A DNA stretch of 64,000 nt from contig JAVKOQ020000009.1 in assembly GCA_031835245.2 (NCBI GenBank), positions 310,001 to 374,000 of the forward strand, read 5' to 3'. The notes beneath the pieces were generated by a model. It saw only the letters and a list, made by a program, of their open reading frames with translations, searched no databases and was not told the origin of the DNA. Positions 13,368-23,930 of this stretch are shown one piece after another. The stretch is from Balamuthia mandrillaris (Eukaryota). Positions within the stretch are counted from its first letter, which is position 1, and each line of letters starts with the position of its first letter. The position numbers were made by a program, and so were the translations under genes.

Positions 13368-13953
13368 ATGTTGCTTTCCAAGCAGGTAGTGGATGGGCTG
13401 GCAGTCTTCACACCGAAGGGCGAGGTCGTCTACACACACGGAGTTCTGGATTTGGAGCTTTGCAATCAGCACCACAACGACCATGACAGAGCCATTGACC
13501 AATTTTTGGGCCACTTCCATGGACTCTGCTCTTCTCAGGCGGAGCAAGAATGTTTGATCCATCAACAACAAATGGGAGGGAAGAAAACACACCAAGTGGA
13601 TGGAAGCGAGCGTTACTCTCAGCAAAGGGATGCCTTTCAGGGGGTTTACTCGCGTCGCTTTCATCTGTTGGGGCTGCGCTTCTCGCCATGGAAGGTGAGC
13701 GCGCAGGCCATCTATGCCGTCTCCCCCAACAAGGAGCGGGGCATGCTGCTGCACAACCTGCCGCATTGTCTCCTCCTTACCGTCTACAAGAAGCCATTGT
13801 TTGCGCAGCAAGTTATTCCTGTCGTGGTGCGTTTCTTCTTTCGTCTCTTCTGTTTGCTTTTTTTCTTCACCTCATTCTTCCTTTTCTTTTTAAAAGGAGT
13901 CCTTCTGTGATGTGCTGAGAGGAGCAGGAAGAGGAGATGAGAGTGATTTCTGA
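13368..13953 (+). CDS. Profilin-like fold protein (divergent)
   Basis: LAVFTPKGEVVY...FHLLGLRF...AIYAVSPNKERGMLLHNLPHCLLLTVYKKP...VESFCDVLR follows the profilin secondary-structure pattern. One 3' intron. Confidence 0.5.
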
Positions 13954-14122
13954 ACTGTAGTGCTGTAATGTATGATACAAGTCAAAAAGAGGTACTTATG
14001 GTATTGTTCTCTCTTCTCTCTCTTCTCCCTCTTCCTCGTCTTCTCTTCTCTTTTTTTTCTTTTTTCCCCTTTCTGCAGAACTAAACCATCTCCGACGCCA
14101 CTTTCCTGCAAAAAGCCAATAC

Positions 14123-14984
14123 TTAAGATGAACAACCAACAAGACAAAAAAGAAAAACGAAAGGAGAAAAAAACCTTCTGGATTCTCTCGCTTTAGCCTC
14201 AGCCTCGCTCTGCATTTGTTCCAACGCTCTTTGGAAGCCTTGGAAGCCGCCATACCCAACGTCGGCTTGCCTCGTGGAGGCATAACCCCACGTTATTCTC
14301 TTGGGTGGACTCAAGAAGTTGCGATAGGCTAATGCCATCTGCCTTGCTGCTTCATCCAATGCCATCATCTTTGGAAAGGAGAAAAGAAGAAGGGGCAAAA
14401 CGAGAGGTAAGAACGACATGCAGCAAAGAGAAGGAGGAGAAAAAGAAAGAGGAAGGCGTAGAGAAAATCGGAAAGATAACAAACGCCATAAAAGGTGCCA
14501 AGACCGGTGCAAGCAACGCTGCGGATGGCGTTGTCAGGGTGGGCTTGGTTGTGGTCTTTGATGGCGCGCAACATCGCCTTCATTGCCAAATAGACATGAT
14601 CGGTGCCTTGGATGGACATCGGCACTCTCATCGTACTTATTGTTAAAGTGTTTTGTGTTTGTATCTTGATGTGACGAACAGGATGAAAGAAAGAAAGAAA
14701 GAGAACAACAAGAGAAACAAGGGAGGAAGGAGGAAGGTACGGTGTGTGAGCGAGCCATGGATGACGAGGATGGTTTGTGGGGAGGATGAAGGAAGTGCCG
14801 ACCGGTTGTTCTCCATCAAAGTGATCTATTATGTGTTGTTGTACTCGTTGTTGAAGTTGATCGCCCTTTTGTGAATAGATATTGTTACGTGAGAACAGCA
14901 GGAAGAAGAAGGACAGAGAAGCATAGAAGCAAAGAAAGAAAGAAAGAAACGACAAGAAACGACAAGAAGGAAAGTAAGGAAGGA

Positions 14985-15015
<31 letters not shown>

Positions 15016-15489
15016 AAGAAAGAAACGTACGAAGAAGGCGGTAATGGCAGCATCGACACCACCATCCATAAGACCAAAGCTGTTGGCAGCACTGACCATG
15101 CAGTCAAACTTTGGCAGCTGCTCAAAGCGACAATGCTGAAACTTGACCTTTTTGGTGTTTTCGGTTTTAAAGATTAATTTGAGGCATGAAGCTAGCTGAA
15201 GAAGAGAAAGGTTTTGAGGTGGTACATCAGGTAAGCCTTTGAAATGTTTCCGTAGCTGGTTCACCAGTTCCAGCTGTAAGTCGACGAGGATGAGCGTGAA
15301 GCCTGCTCCTTTCAGCGGTGCTTCTTTGTTCTTCCGCTCCTTCTTTTGCTCTTTTTCTTCTTTTTCGTCTTTTTCAATATTGCCTTGCTTCTTTTCCCCT
15401 CTCTTTTTTTCCAGCTTCTCCTCCTCTTCTCTCTCCTCCTCCTCTACATCGCTAGCCCCTGACGAGAACGAGTCGGTATCTTCCGCCAT
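14123..15489 (-). CDS. Macro domain (Appr-1-p processing / ADP-ribose binding) protein
   Basis: DCMVSAANSFGLMDGGVDAAITAFF, EQPVGTSFI, WLAHTP/TMRVP, SVACTGLGTFYG and AARQMALAY are macro-domain motifs. 3' end approximate. Confidence 0.88.
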
Positions 15490-15955
15490 TACCGCTTCTT
15501 CTTGCTTTTCTTTCTATCGTTACTCCCTTCTTTAATATTCGCATTCGCTGCAAATATTTCGGTTCCATGAAAATTCATCGCAAATATTTTTGGTTTCACC
15601 AATATTCTTCGGCATGGCTTTTTCCTCTCAGACAGAACGTCCAGTTTTACTGGAATCACTCTCGGATCCAGTGGCAGCCCCTTTGTGCATCTTATGATCG
15701 GACTCAGATCTTCCAGGACGGGAGAGAGGACAAAAAAAAGCCCCAAAATTGGCGGGAACGGACAAGAGCGAACTCACCTGCTCCCAAGCTAATAGTGCCG
15801 AACCTCCAACATAACTCCTGTGAAACCAATTTCATAATTGCACCACTAAATGCATCTCCTTCAAATAAATAGTAATCATTATAGCAAATCCGAAATACAA
15901 AAGAGCAGACACCAAGGGACCATGTTCCTGGCCTGAAGAACAACCCCCTCGAAAC

Positions 15956-17693
15956 ATGTTCGATGCGGAGAACACCGCTCTGTGCATACGCGCTTGCTGG
16001 AGCGGCGGTGTGGCGGTTGGTGGTGCGTGCAGCTGCGGTGGGAAGTCAGCAGGAGGAGGAGAAGCATCTTCCGGCTCAAGACCAGGGTTCGGGCTGCTAC
16101 AAGGATACACCGAACAACAAGAAGCACAAGAACAAGAACAAGCATTGAAAAAAAGTGATATCAAGGGAGAAGAAGGTCTTTTAGGTGGTGATCTGGGTGC
16201 AGGTGCGCTATCTGAAAGAGAGCATACGGTTGAGCATCCACAACAACAACAACAACAACAAGGTTGGGGTCCAAAGGACAACCTCCTGCCACGTGTGTCT
16301 GCTCTTGCGACCAGAGGGGATGCTCTATGCACCCCCACTGCCCTCGGAGTAGCCGCAGCGACCTCTGGCAGTTGTAAAGACCATCACTACCAACAGGAAG
16401 AGGAGGGCAAGGAAAGAAGCCTCGTTCCTGAACCCAACGGGCCTTTTATTCATTTGCCTGCAAAGAGCACCAGGCCGCTGGCCATCCCTTCCTGGTCAAG
16501 GAGGTTCATCGTCGAGGAGCCGTGTTGCTCTTCCTCCGCCTCCTCTTCCCTAGACTCATCGCCACCCAGTTTTTGTTCCTCCTCTCCACCTTCCTTCACG
16601 CTCCTGCCGACACCAACCTACAGCGAGGACCACCACGACGGACCAGCACAAGCAACCGCAGCAGCAGCAGCAGACGAGGCGGGACAAGGCGGCAAGCAGG
16701 TGGTGGTTGTCTCCTTGGACGTTGCAGACAGCCTATCTGCCACGGTATCTCAACCAAGCGCTACAACCGGACTGCCGCCACAAAGGGTTGGAACCACCAC
16801 CACCACAACAGTAGCTGCCGCCGCCGCCGCCAACCCTAGGGGTGGGCCTTCGGGTGTGTGCAGCGAAGACAGCGAGTGCCCCTCTGGGTTTGAATTTTTG
16901 GAGCTGGCACAGCTGCTGCTGGAGGAGCCCATGTTTCGGCTTGGCGGTGTTGTTGGGGTGGTGGCCGGTGGGGAAGGAGGGGAGGACGCTGCCTCTGCTC
17001 CCGCTGCCTCCTCCTTTGTTTTTTCACCGCCGGGTGTTGGTGGCCACGGGGCCACAGAGCAGCCAGATCCTCAACCTGTTGTCCCTGTGGCGGCGGCCGT
17101 GGACCCACACTTGAGCCAGCAGCCACCACCACAAGAGGGTGAGCCGCACACCGACCACGGAGGGATCAGCAAAGCACAACGCTTGGAACCGGATCCCAGC
17201 AACAACTTTGGCCACCACAATAGCCGTGTGGAAAAGTCTCTCAACCCCACTCACCCACAGGGTGGGGGTAGTGGCAGCGATGGCAAAGGAGTCCCTCTGC
17301 TCAGAGTTCCGCCAATGAACGCTCCCCATCACCCTGCTCCTTCTCATCCCTCTGTGCAGCCATCTACGGTGCCCTCACACCATAATTATAGCCAGAACCA
17401 GGTTCAACACTTTAATCCCTTTCTTCATGGCTCTTACGCCACCGGTTTCACAGGCCCAACCGCCCCTTCCCCAACGATTGGCAGCGGTTCTTTTGGACCT
17501 TATTCTCACTCTTCTCCTTCCTTTGCTGCTTGCCCTATGGGCGCCACCTCTGTCTCCTCCGCTTCTGCTTATTCTAATTCTCATGCCACCATGATAGCCT
17601 CTCATCCGCCCTCTTTGCACGGTTAGTTCCCATCCTCTATTTCACACTATTGTTTTGTTGTTAAACTCTAGTCTCTCTCTCTCTCTCTCGCTC

Positions 17694-17724
<31 letters not shown>

Positions 17725-19729
17725 ATCTCTTTCTGCCGTTAGCACTGACGGACTCCAATGTCCTGCGGCTGAGCATAAACGTACCAACAATTGGCATGTT
17801 CTACATGTTCAGCCATCCTGAAACTAAAGTGGGACAACTCTTGGCCACTATAGAGGGGCAAGTGCTGGAGCTTTATCGGGCCGACATCAAGGCCGAAAAA
17901 CTGCAGGACCAATTCAAGATTGACCTACCGCCATCCTATACAGTGGGCTCCATGCTGAAACCCGACTCCGTACTTACGCTTGACTTTTCTTTTAGGAGGT
18001 CCAATAGCCTTCCAACTCGGCCAAATCATCGGTACTTCTTCCTCGTTTTGTTCTATTCCTCCCTACCTCTTTTCTCGATCTCCTGCTTTGCTCTGTTTTG
18101 CTCTGATCTAATACGCCCTTCTCTAATCTCCTCCATCTTCCCTTCTCTTTTCTTTTTTTACTCCTCATATTCCTTTTTTTTCCCTTTGTATCCGCGGCTG
18201 ATCGCTTGTTTTTTCTGGCTCCAAACAGGCCGCCTCATGGCTCGTACACACTTATGTTATCTGCCTCCCCGCCTTCCTCTCCTCCTTCCGCAGCCTCTGC
18301 AGCTGCTCCCTTCCATTCCTCTTCCTCCGTTGACCATAACAATGATATACATCCATCCAGCGAAGCCAGACACAACACAAACGAAACAGAAGACATTCTT
18401 TCCGTTCTGCAACGGAGCTCAGCTGCTGACATTAGCTTTGCTTTTACGGAACAACCTCCTCCTCATGTATACCAAAACAATGAGTTCAGCTGCACAGTCT
18501 GTATAAATTCTTCCCTGCAGCTTTCTTCATCGGAATCATCCTTGTCTCGGTCTTCCTCCTCTGCTGACAAAAAGAGCAAGGACGAAGACGCAAATGAAAG
18601 CAAAGTCGCAGAAAAACAGCCTTCTTCCCCGTTTTCTTTTTCAATTCCTCCTCTTTCTTCTTCCTCCTCCACCATGATTCCGACCTCGTTTCTGCCTATT
18701 GACCTTCAGCTCTGGGAACACAAAGACAGCGGCAACGTGCAGCTTAGCGAGGAAGATTTTTCCAAACGGAGCCTTCTGATGGACCGGCGGAAAGGCTTTG
18801 TAATCTTCTTCCTCAAAATACGAAAGAACTCCTACTACGGAAGAACGCCTTTCTATCTCCACATGCGAGGCAAGGATCAATGGAAGGACGTGCCGACTGT
18901 CATCTCTGAGCCTATCATCGTTTCCGCCAAGAAGAAGCGTCGGCGGGCTGGAAAGAAGAGAAACATGCTCGACCAGCATCGCGGCAAGAAAGCCAGTGAC
19001 ACGCAATCCGACGAAGAAGAGGAAGAGGCAGAGGAGGAAGAGGAGCATCCTTCCTCTTCTCATCATAGCCATCAGCATCAATATCCTTCTCCTTATTACC
19101 CTTTTCCTTCATCATCTTCATTATCTCCCTCCGAACTATCTAAGCATGTACTTCCTCACATGTATCCTCCGCTACCACCTTCTCATTCCCACTCGCCGTC
19201 AGCAGCAGCATACGGAGCGCCAGTCCCTTATTTAGGGGCACCGTACTACCATCCATCTCCTTACTATCCTCCCACTCCCTATACCCCATACCCATTGCCT
19301 CCTTCTCCTTCAAATCGGTTAGCATCATCCCCTTATCCTGCTATTCCTTATACAGCCTCTCCCGCTCCTTCTCACCCTCATCAACCCCAATCTTCTCACC
19401 ACCACAATCACGCTTCCTCTTCTCATCATAACTATCCCTATTATCAGCCGCCTTATGGTCCTGTTGCTTCTTCTGCTTCCACCAACAACAGCGGGAGTTT
19501 GGCTTCCGCCGCTCTTCACCAGCATCATAACCACCTCAACCATCACCGCAACAACAGCGACGCTGACCCTACCAACAAACTGCACAGTAACGATGGCTCC
19601 TCCAACAGTGGAGGCAATAGCGGTGGTCCATCAACAAGCAACAATGGCCGCCACTCCCTTCCTTTTGCCCCTCAATTCCAACAACCCCAGCAGCAACAAG
19701 GATATCCACCACCTCACAAAGCCGCGTAA
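15956..19729 (+). CDS. Large low-complexity putative transcription regulator with a ubiquitin-like (Net1/Cdc14-binding-like) domain and a CudA/STAT-like beta domain
   Basis: Consecutive ORFs 15956..17626, 17655.. and 18206..19729. Folded islands: FYMFSHPETKVGQLLATIEGQVLELY..LQDQFKIDLPPSYTV and FTEQPPPHVYQNNEF...FFLKIRKNSYYGRTPFYLHM...VISEPIIVSAKKKRRR. His/Pro/Tyr-rich tail. Confidence 0.5.
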
Positions 19730-20829
19730 CCACCAATTCCGTTTGTTGTTCGCAAGACAAGTCTCCTTTTAACATTACATTTTTCTGTTATTTCCCAACT
19801 GCTACTACTATTGACCAGGCAAATGCTCCACATCCCGTAGATGACCCTCTTTCTCCAGTTTAGCACGTTCAGCACCCAACGCACCATAACATTCGCCAAC
19901 CGTTGCACACTTTTCAATCCAGGTGCTGAGCATGGAGCGCTTCGGGACCTTGTTCACATCAAAGGCCCAGAGCATGGCCATCAACGGCCACACAAAGGCC
20001 TCGCCGACCCGCACCCTCCCTTCCAGCCCCTCCGGCACCACTTCGTGGCCATACTGTCCTTTGGCCGCTGCCAGAATGCAGCCGGTCAGCACCGAGCGAA
20101 AGCTCTGTCGCGAGTAGATATGTTGCACGCAGTCCTTGTAGCATTGAAAGCCCTCAGAGGTAGCTTCCACCGAGAGGCTCCCCAAGAAGCCACCCTTGTG
20201 AGTAAGCTCGGCAACCGCTCTCAGGGTGGAACCGTCCGAGACCCCATTGGTGCACCAAGTCCCACCACCAACAGCATCTTGTTGTTTTGATGAAGGCGAG
20301 GATCGTCCAGGGTGGCTACAGCTGTGATGGAGACGCAGTCCTCAATGGGGTCGCCCAGTCCGTCCTCGTCTCCGGCCATCAGAGAGTCCGAGCCGCCGAG
20401 GAAGTGCACTCGCTGCTGTCCATGACTATCTAAATAACAAGCAATTTGATATAATAATTGCATAGCTCTAATCCATGGATATTCTCCAGTCCTATCCTCT
20501 TGTTCTTTCCAATAAGCTTGTCGTTAAGTGCTGCTTCTTTCTCTTGACTATGCCATAATTGTAAGGCCAAGGGACGGAGTAAGTGCCATGATGTCCGTGC
20601 GGCTGCTGCTGCTGCTAACAAGAAAGCAAAATCATTCTTATTTATATACTACTCAGCATTGACCATCCATCCTAAATCCCATTGATCCCATCATCATCAC
20701 AGTCTCCTCCAAACAACGCGAAACACACCACTTATCGAGGAAGGAGCACATATGGATCTCTGGGGCGTAGTGCTTGCTTGGCACGCTCTCTGCGGTGACT
20801 CGTTTAACTTGCACCGTTCTCTTTGGTTC

Positions 20830-21094
20830 GAAACGGAGTTATCCACGAGAAACTGGGAGGCAAGAAGGTCTTCCGTTGCCCTCGTTGTCACCTGGAAGCG
20901 GACAGAGACATCCATGCGGCCAGGAACATCCTTTTGCGCTTTCTAGCTCGCCAGGACATCATTGTGGACGCGAAGGGAAAAGAAGAGCTGTACGGACAGG
21001 GTCTGGCAGCATTGGGTCCTACCCCCGCGAATGCATTGCCCTCTCGTGGTGCATTTGTGCAAGATTTGCAAAATGTGCAAGTTTAATGTAGGCG
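20830..21094 (+). mobile_element. 5'-truncated TnpB/Fanzor2 (IS607-like) element: nuclease C-terminus plus right end
   Basis: Encodes GVIHEKLGGKKVFRCPRCHLEADRDIHAARNILLRFL, the zinc-ribbon CxxC plus RuvC-III DRD..AARNI of TnpB/Fanzor. Ends at TTTAATGTAGGCG. Flanked by the direct repeat CGTTCTCTTTGGTTC (20815-20829, 21093-21107). Confidence 0.88.
21015..21094 (+). ncRNA. Putative Fanzor omega-RNA scaffold (copy 1)
   Basis: 80 nt overlapping the ORF 3' end. Hairpin CGCGAATGCATTGC/GTGGTGCATTTGTG, second hairpin TTGCA/TGCAA, and CCTAC near the 5' end complementary to terminal GTAGG. Homologous copy at 47554-47633. Confidence 0.7.
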
Positions 21095-21563
21095 TTCTCT
21101 TTGGTTCATCGGGAAGTTGTTCCTCAAAGACCACCGGCGCTTCTCCCTTTATTTCGTCCGTGTCCCCAAAGGAGTAGGACGCGATGACGACCTTCTTGCC
21201 AAGCCTTTTGAGTTCTGGATACAGTATCATGCTGTGCACAAAGTCGAAGCCTCCCCCACACCCGCACAGCATAACCGTTTGTACAGAGGGATCGGCCAGC
21301 CTAGTAACGAATGTTGGCATCAGGAAGGAACTTGGGGTTGCGGGGGAGGCCTTTCCATTACAGCGGCCGCCTTTTCCAGCCCTTTTTGCTTTTACTTGCT
21401 TTTTGCTTTGTCTTTCTTTTCCATCCTTGTTGTAACACCTTATTCTTCCCGTTATATAAGTACTTCATTTTTTGTTGTAAAGAAAAAGTTTAAAGTTCGA
21501 AGCCTGTTCAACGAACGGCAGCAATTGGAGCGAAACTGGGTCAACTGCACTTAACCATAACTG

Positions 21564-23732
21564 TTACGTCTTTGTCAGGGAACGCCGCCGTATCCTGCTG
21601 GACCTACGAACACTAGTGTTCACCTCAAAGCTGTTTTCCACTTGTGTCGTTTGTTCTGTTTCTTCCTCTTCCTCTTCCTCTTCTCCCTCCTCCTGTTTGG
21701 CTTGTAATGTTTTTCTTGTCTTGCCGGCTATCATTGTTGATGATCCGCTTTTCGTTTTTGTCTTTTGTTGCTGAAACACAGATAGTTCTGCTGCAAATAA
21801 TAGCGTATGTGCCCAGCCTGTGTTCTCTCTAAATGTTGTTCTACGTACAGGCCACCAAAGTATATCAAATATATATGGTACAAAGGTGAGGCCTAGAAAA
21901 GAAGGCGGAGACAGGCAAGTGAGAAAGTACCTGAAAAAGTCACCAACGCGCCTGTACATAGTTTCGTTGAGGGACCCTTTTCCTTTGCCTTGTAGCTTCC
22001 GCATGAATCGCTGTGCTATTTGCCATACATGAGTATCCACTGCAAGCAGCATAGCTTTACGTTAGTTGACAGAGAAAGAATACAGAGCAGCAGAGCAAAC
22101 CAGGTATAGCATCTTGCTTATCCAACGAACACAAAGCAATGCAATCTGCAACCTTCCTTCCAATTCCCTTCGTAACGACCAAGTCAGAACAGCGGATGCA
22201 AATATACCATCAGATATAACTTACCATCAATGATGTTAAACTTTTTTGCGCCTCTTCTCGAGTAACTTCATTGCTGCGAAGACTAGCCAACCAATCCTTT
22301 CCCTCTGATATTTCGCAATGAGACTTTTGGTGTTGACAGAAGGAGAGAAGAGGGAAGGAGAGCAGAGCAAAGGAGGGAGAGTGCGAAACCGGAAGAATTA
22401 TTGGCCAGTATTTGCTTGGCAGCAGCTGGAATGTACCGAGCACGGTAGCCAAAGCCTAGCTCTCGTAGACGTGACTCAGATACGTCGCATAGTTGTTGTA
22501 ACGTAGGAAAGGCGTGAAAAGGCATGCCCGTGCTGTTGGCTTTATGGTCTCCTGCTATTAAACAATCCCCGTATTCCTTGCATAGTGCTTCCACCATTTT
22601 CATGATACGTCCAATGTTGTTGTTTTGGGAGCATATGAAGCTAACCTTTAGTTATGCAGGGACGCCAAGTCAGTTATTCCGAAGTGGAGAGAGAGAGAGA
22701 GAGAGAGAGAGAGGCAGAGAGGCTGAGAGAGAGAGAGCTCACCAAGCATTCTAAGGGGTCCTGTCTAAGGAGGCGAAGGCCGTAGAAACGAGGGCCAATA
22801 TCGCGGAAATGAGAGAGAAGTGCAACGCTTTCGCTCTTCTTTTTATTATCCTTAGCGTTGGAAGCAGGAGCGTGTAGGGTGGTCCATTGAAGCCAAGCCT
22901 GCTGCATGGACGTGGTGTCCAGCTGGAAATAGTCTCGAAGAGCGGCCTCAGCTTGTGCTTCCATCGCAGCCTCCTCCTCCTCCTTCACCTCAGAGGAGGA
23001 AGGGGAAGAAGCGGCATCGGAGCATAGAAAGCGATAGTGTATGGTGCTCTCATCATGTTGGTGCAGGAAGAAAACAACACGTCCGATCACACCGCTCCAC
23101 ACAACCGCTTCTCCGTCACCTCCACGGCTACTCGAAGAAGAAGAGGCTGAAGAAGAAGAAGAAGAAGAGGGAGAAAAAGGGGAGAGTTGATGTGACCGCC
23201 AGCGGAAGCTCTGACCGGATTGAAGGGTAAGGCCCAGCCGCAGTTCGTTTGGGGCGCATAGTTTTAGCTGGCGCCAACGGAAGCCGTCCTCTTTCAACAG
23301 CAGCGACCCTTCTTTCCTCTCCAGGGTCTCCTCCTGCTTAACACCTTTCTCTAACTTTGTGGTGTTTTGTCTTTTGGAGGGTGACTCCCCTCCCACATCA
23401 GTGGCCTCCTCCTCAATCTCCCCGTGCTGGTGCTCCCTCTCCTCCTTCTTCCTTTTGTGGGGGATGCTCGCCGTTGGGCCTTCCCTTTGCTTCCTTCTCT
23501 TCTCCGCCATGTTCTTCTTCTTCTGCTTCGCAGTGGTCGCTGCTTCTTCTTCTTCCTCCCTAATGACGTGTTTGTGAGGTGCTGCTGCTGCTGGCCGCAG
23601 TGGTGCTCCTCTCCAGAGCCTTGGCCGCTCCCAGCACCGCTCCCCCGACCACCACAAGGAGGAGAAGGGCCTGCTGCTTGTTGTCCCTCTGCTTGGGGCC
23701 AGCAGCAGCAGCGCTGACACTCTTTTTTGCAT
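21564..23732 (-). CDS. OGG1: 8-oxoguanine DNA glycosylase
   Basis: ELRLGLTLQSGQSFRW, GLRLLRQDPLECL, FICSQNNNIGRI, LRELGFGYRARYI, GIGRKVADCIAL, VDTHVWQIA, GWAHTLLFAAEL. Confidence 0.95.
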
Positions 23733-23930
23733 GTTGGTCGTCCTTCTTGTGAGAAGAGAGGAGAGGAGAGGAGAGGAAAGAATGAACGAAGCACAAAAGA
23801 GTGAAGAAACAAAAGGAGAAAGCAGAAAGCAGCAGGCAGCAGGCAGCAGGCAGCAAGACGAAAGAAGGAAGGTAGAAGGAGGACTATGTATTACTGAGCA
23901 GTTGTTGGCCAGCAACTAAGCGCCACGCCC

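Larger units (their letters stand above)
19808..21320 (-). pseudogene. DUF1152-family gene, disrupted
   Basis: GCGGGFDFVHSM, HYAPEIHMCSFLD, GGSDSLMAGDEDGLGDPIED, LRAVAELTHKGGFLGSLS and FVWPLMAMLWAFDV match DUF1152. Interrupted by a 278-nt insertion, a foreign segment at about 20410-20730, and a frameshift near 20253. Confidence 0.8.

Noticed and set aside
20198..20209. 12-mer GTGAGTAAGCTC shared with 25001-25012, near the intronic TnpB remnant
   Set aside because: It could be a guide-target pair, but the element end is undefined and a single 12-nt match is not significant in a 64-kb self-comparison.
20823..21086. Functional Fanzor/TnpB gene
   Set aside because: Only the last ~85 codons are present. 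RuvC-I/II, WED/REC and any transposase are absent from the window.
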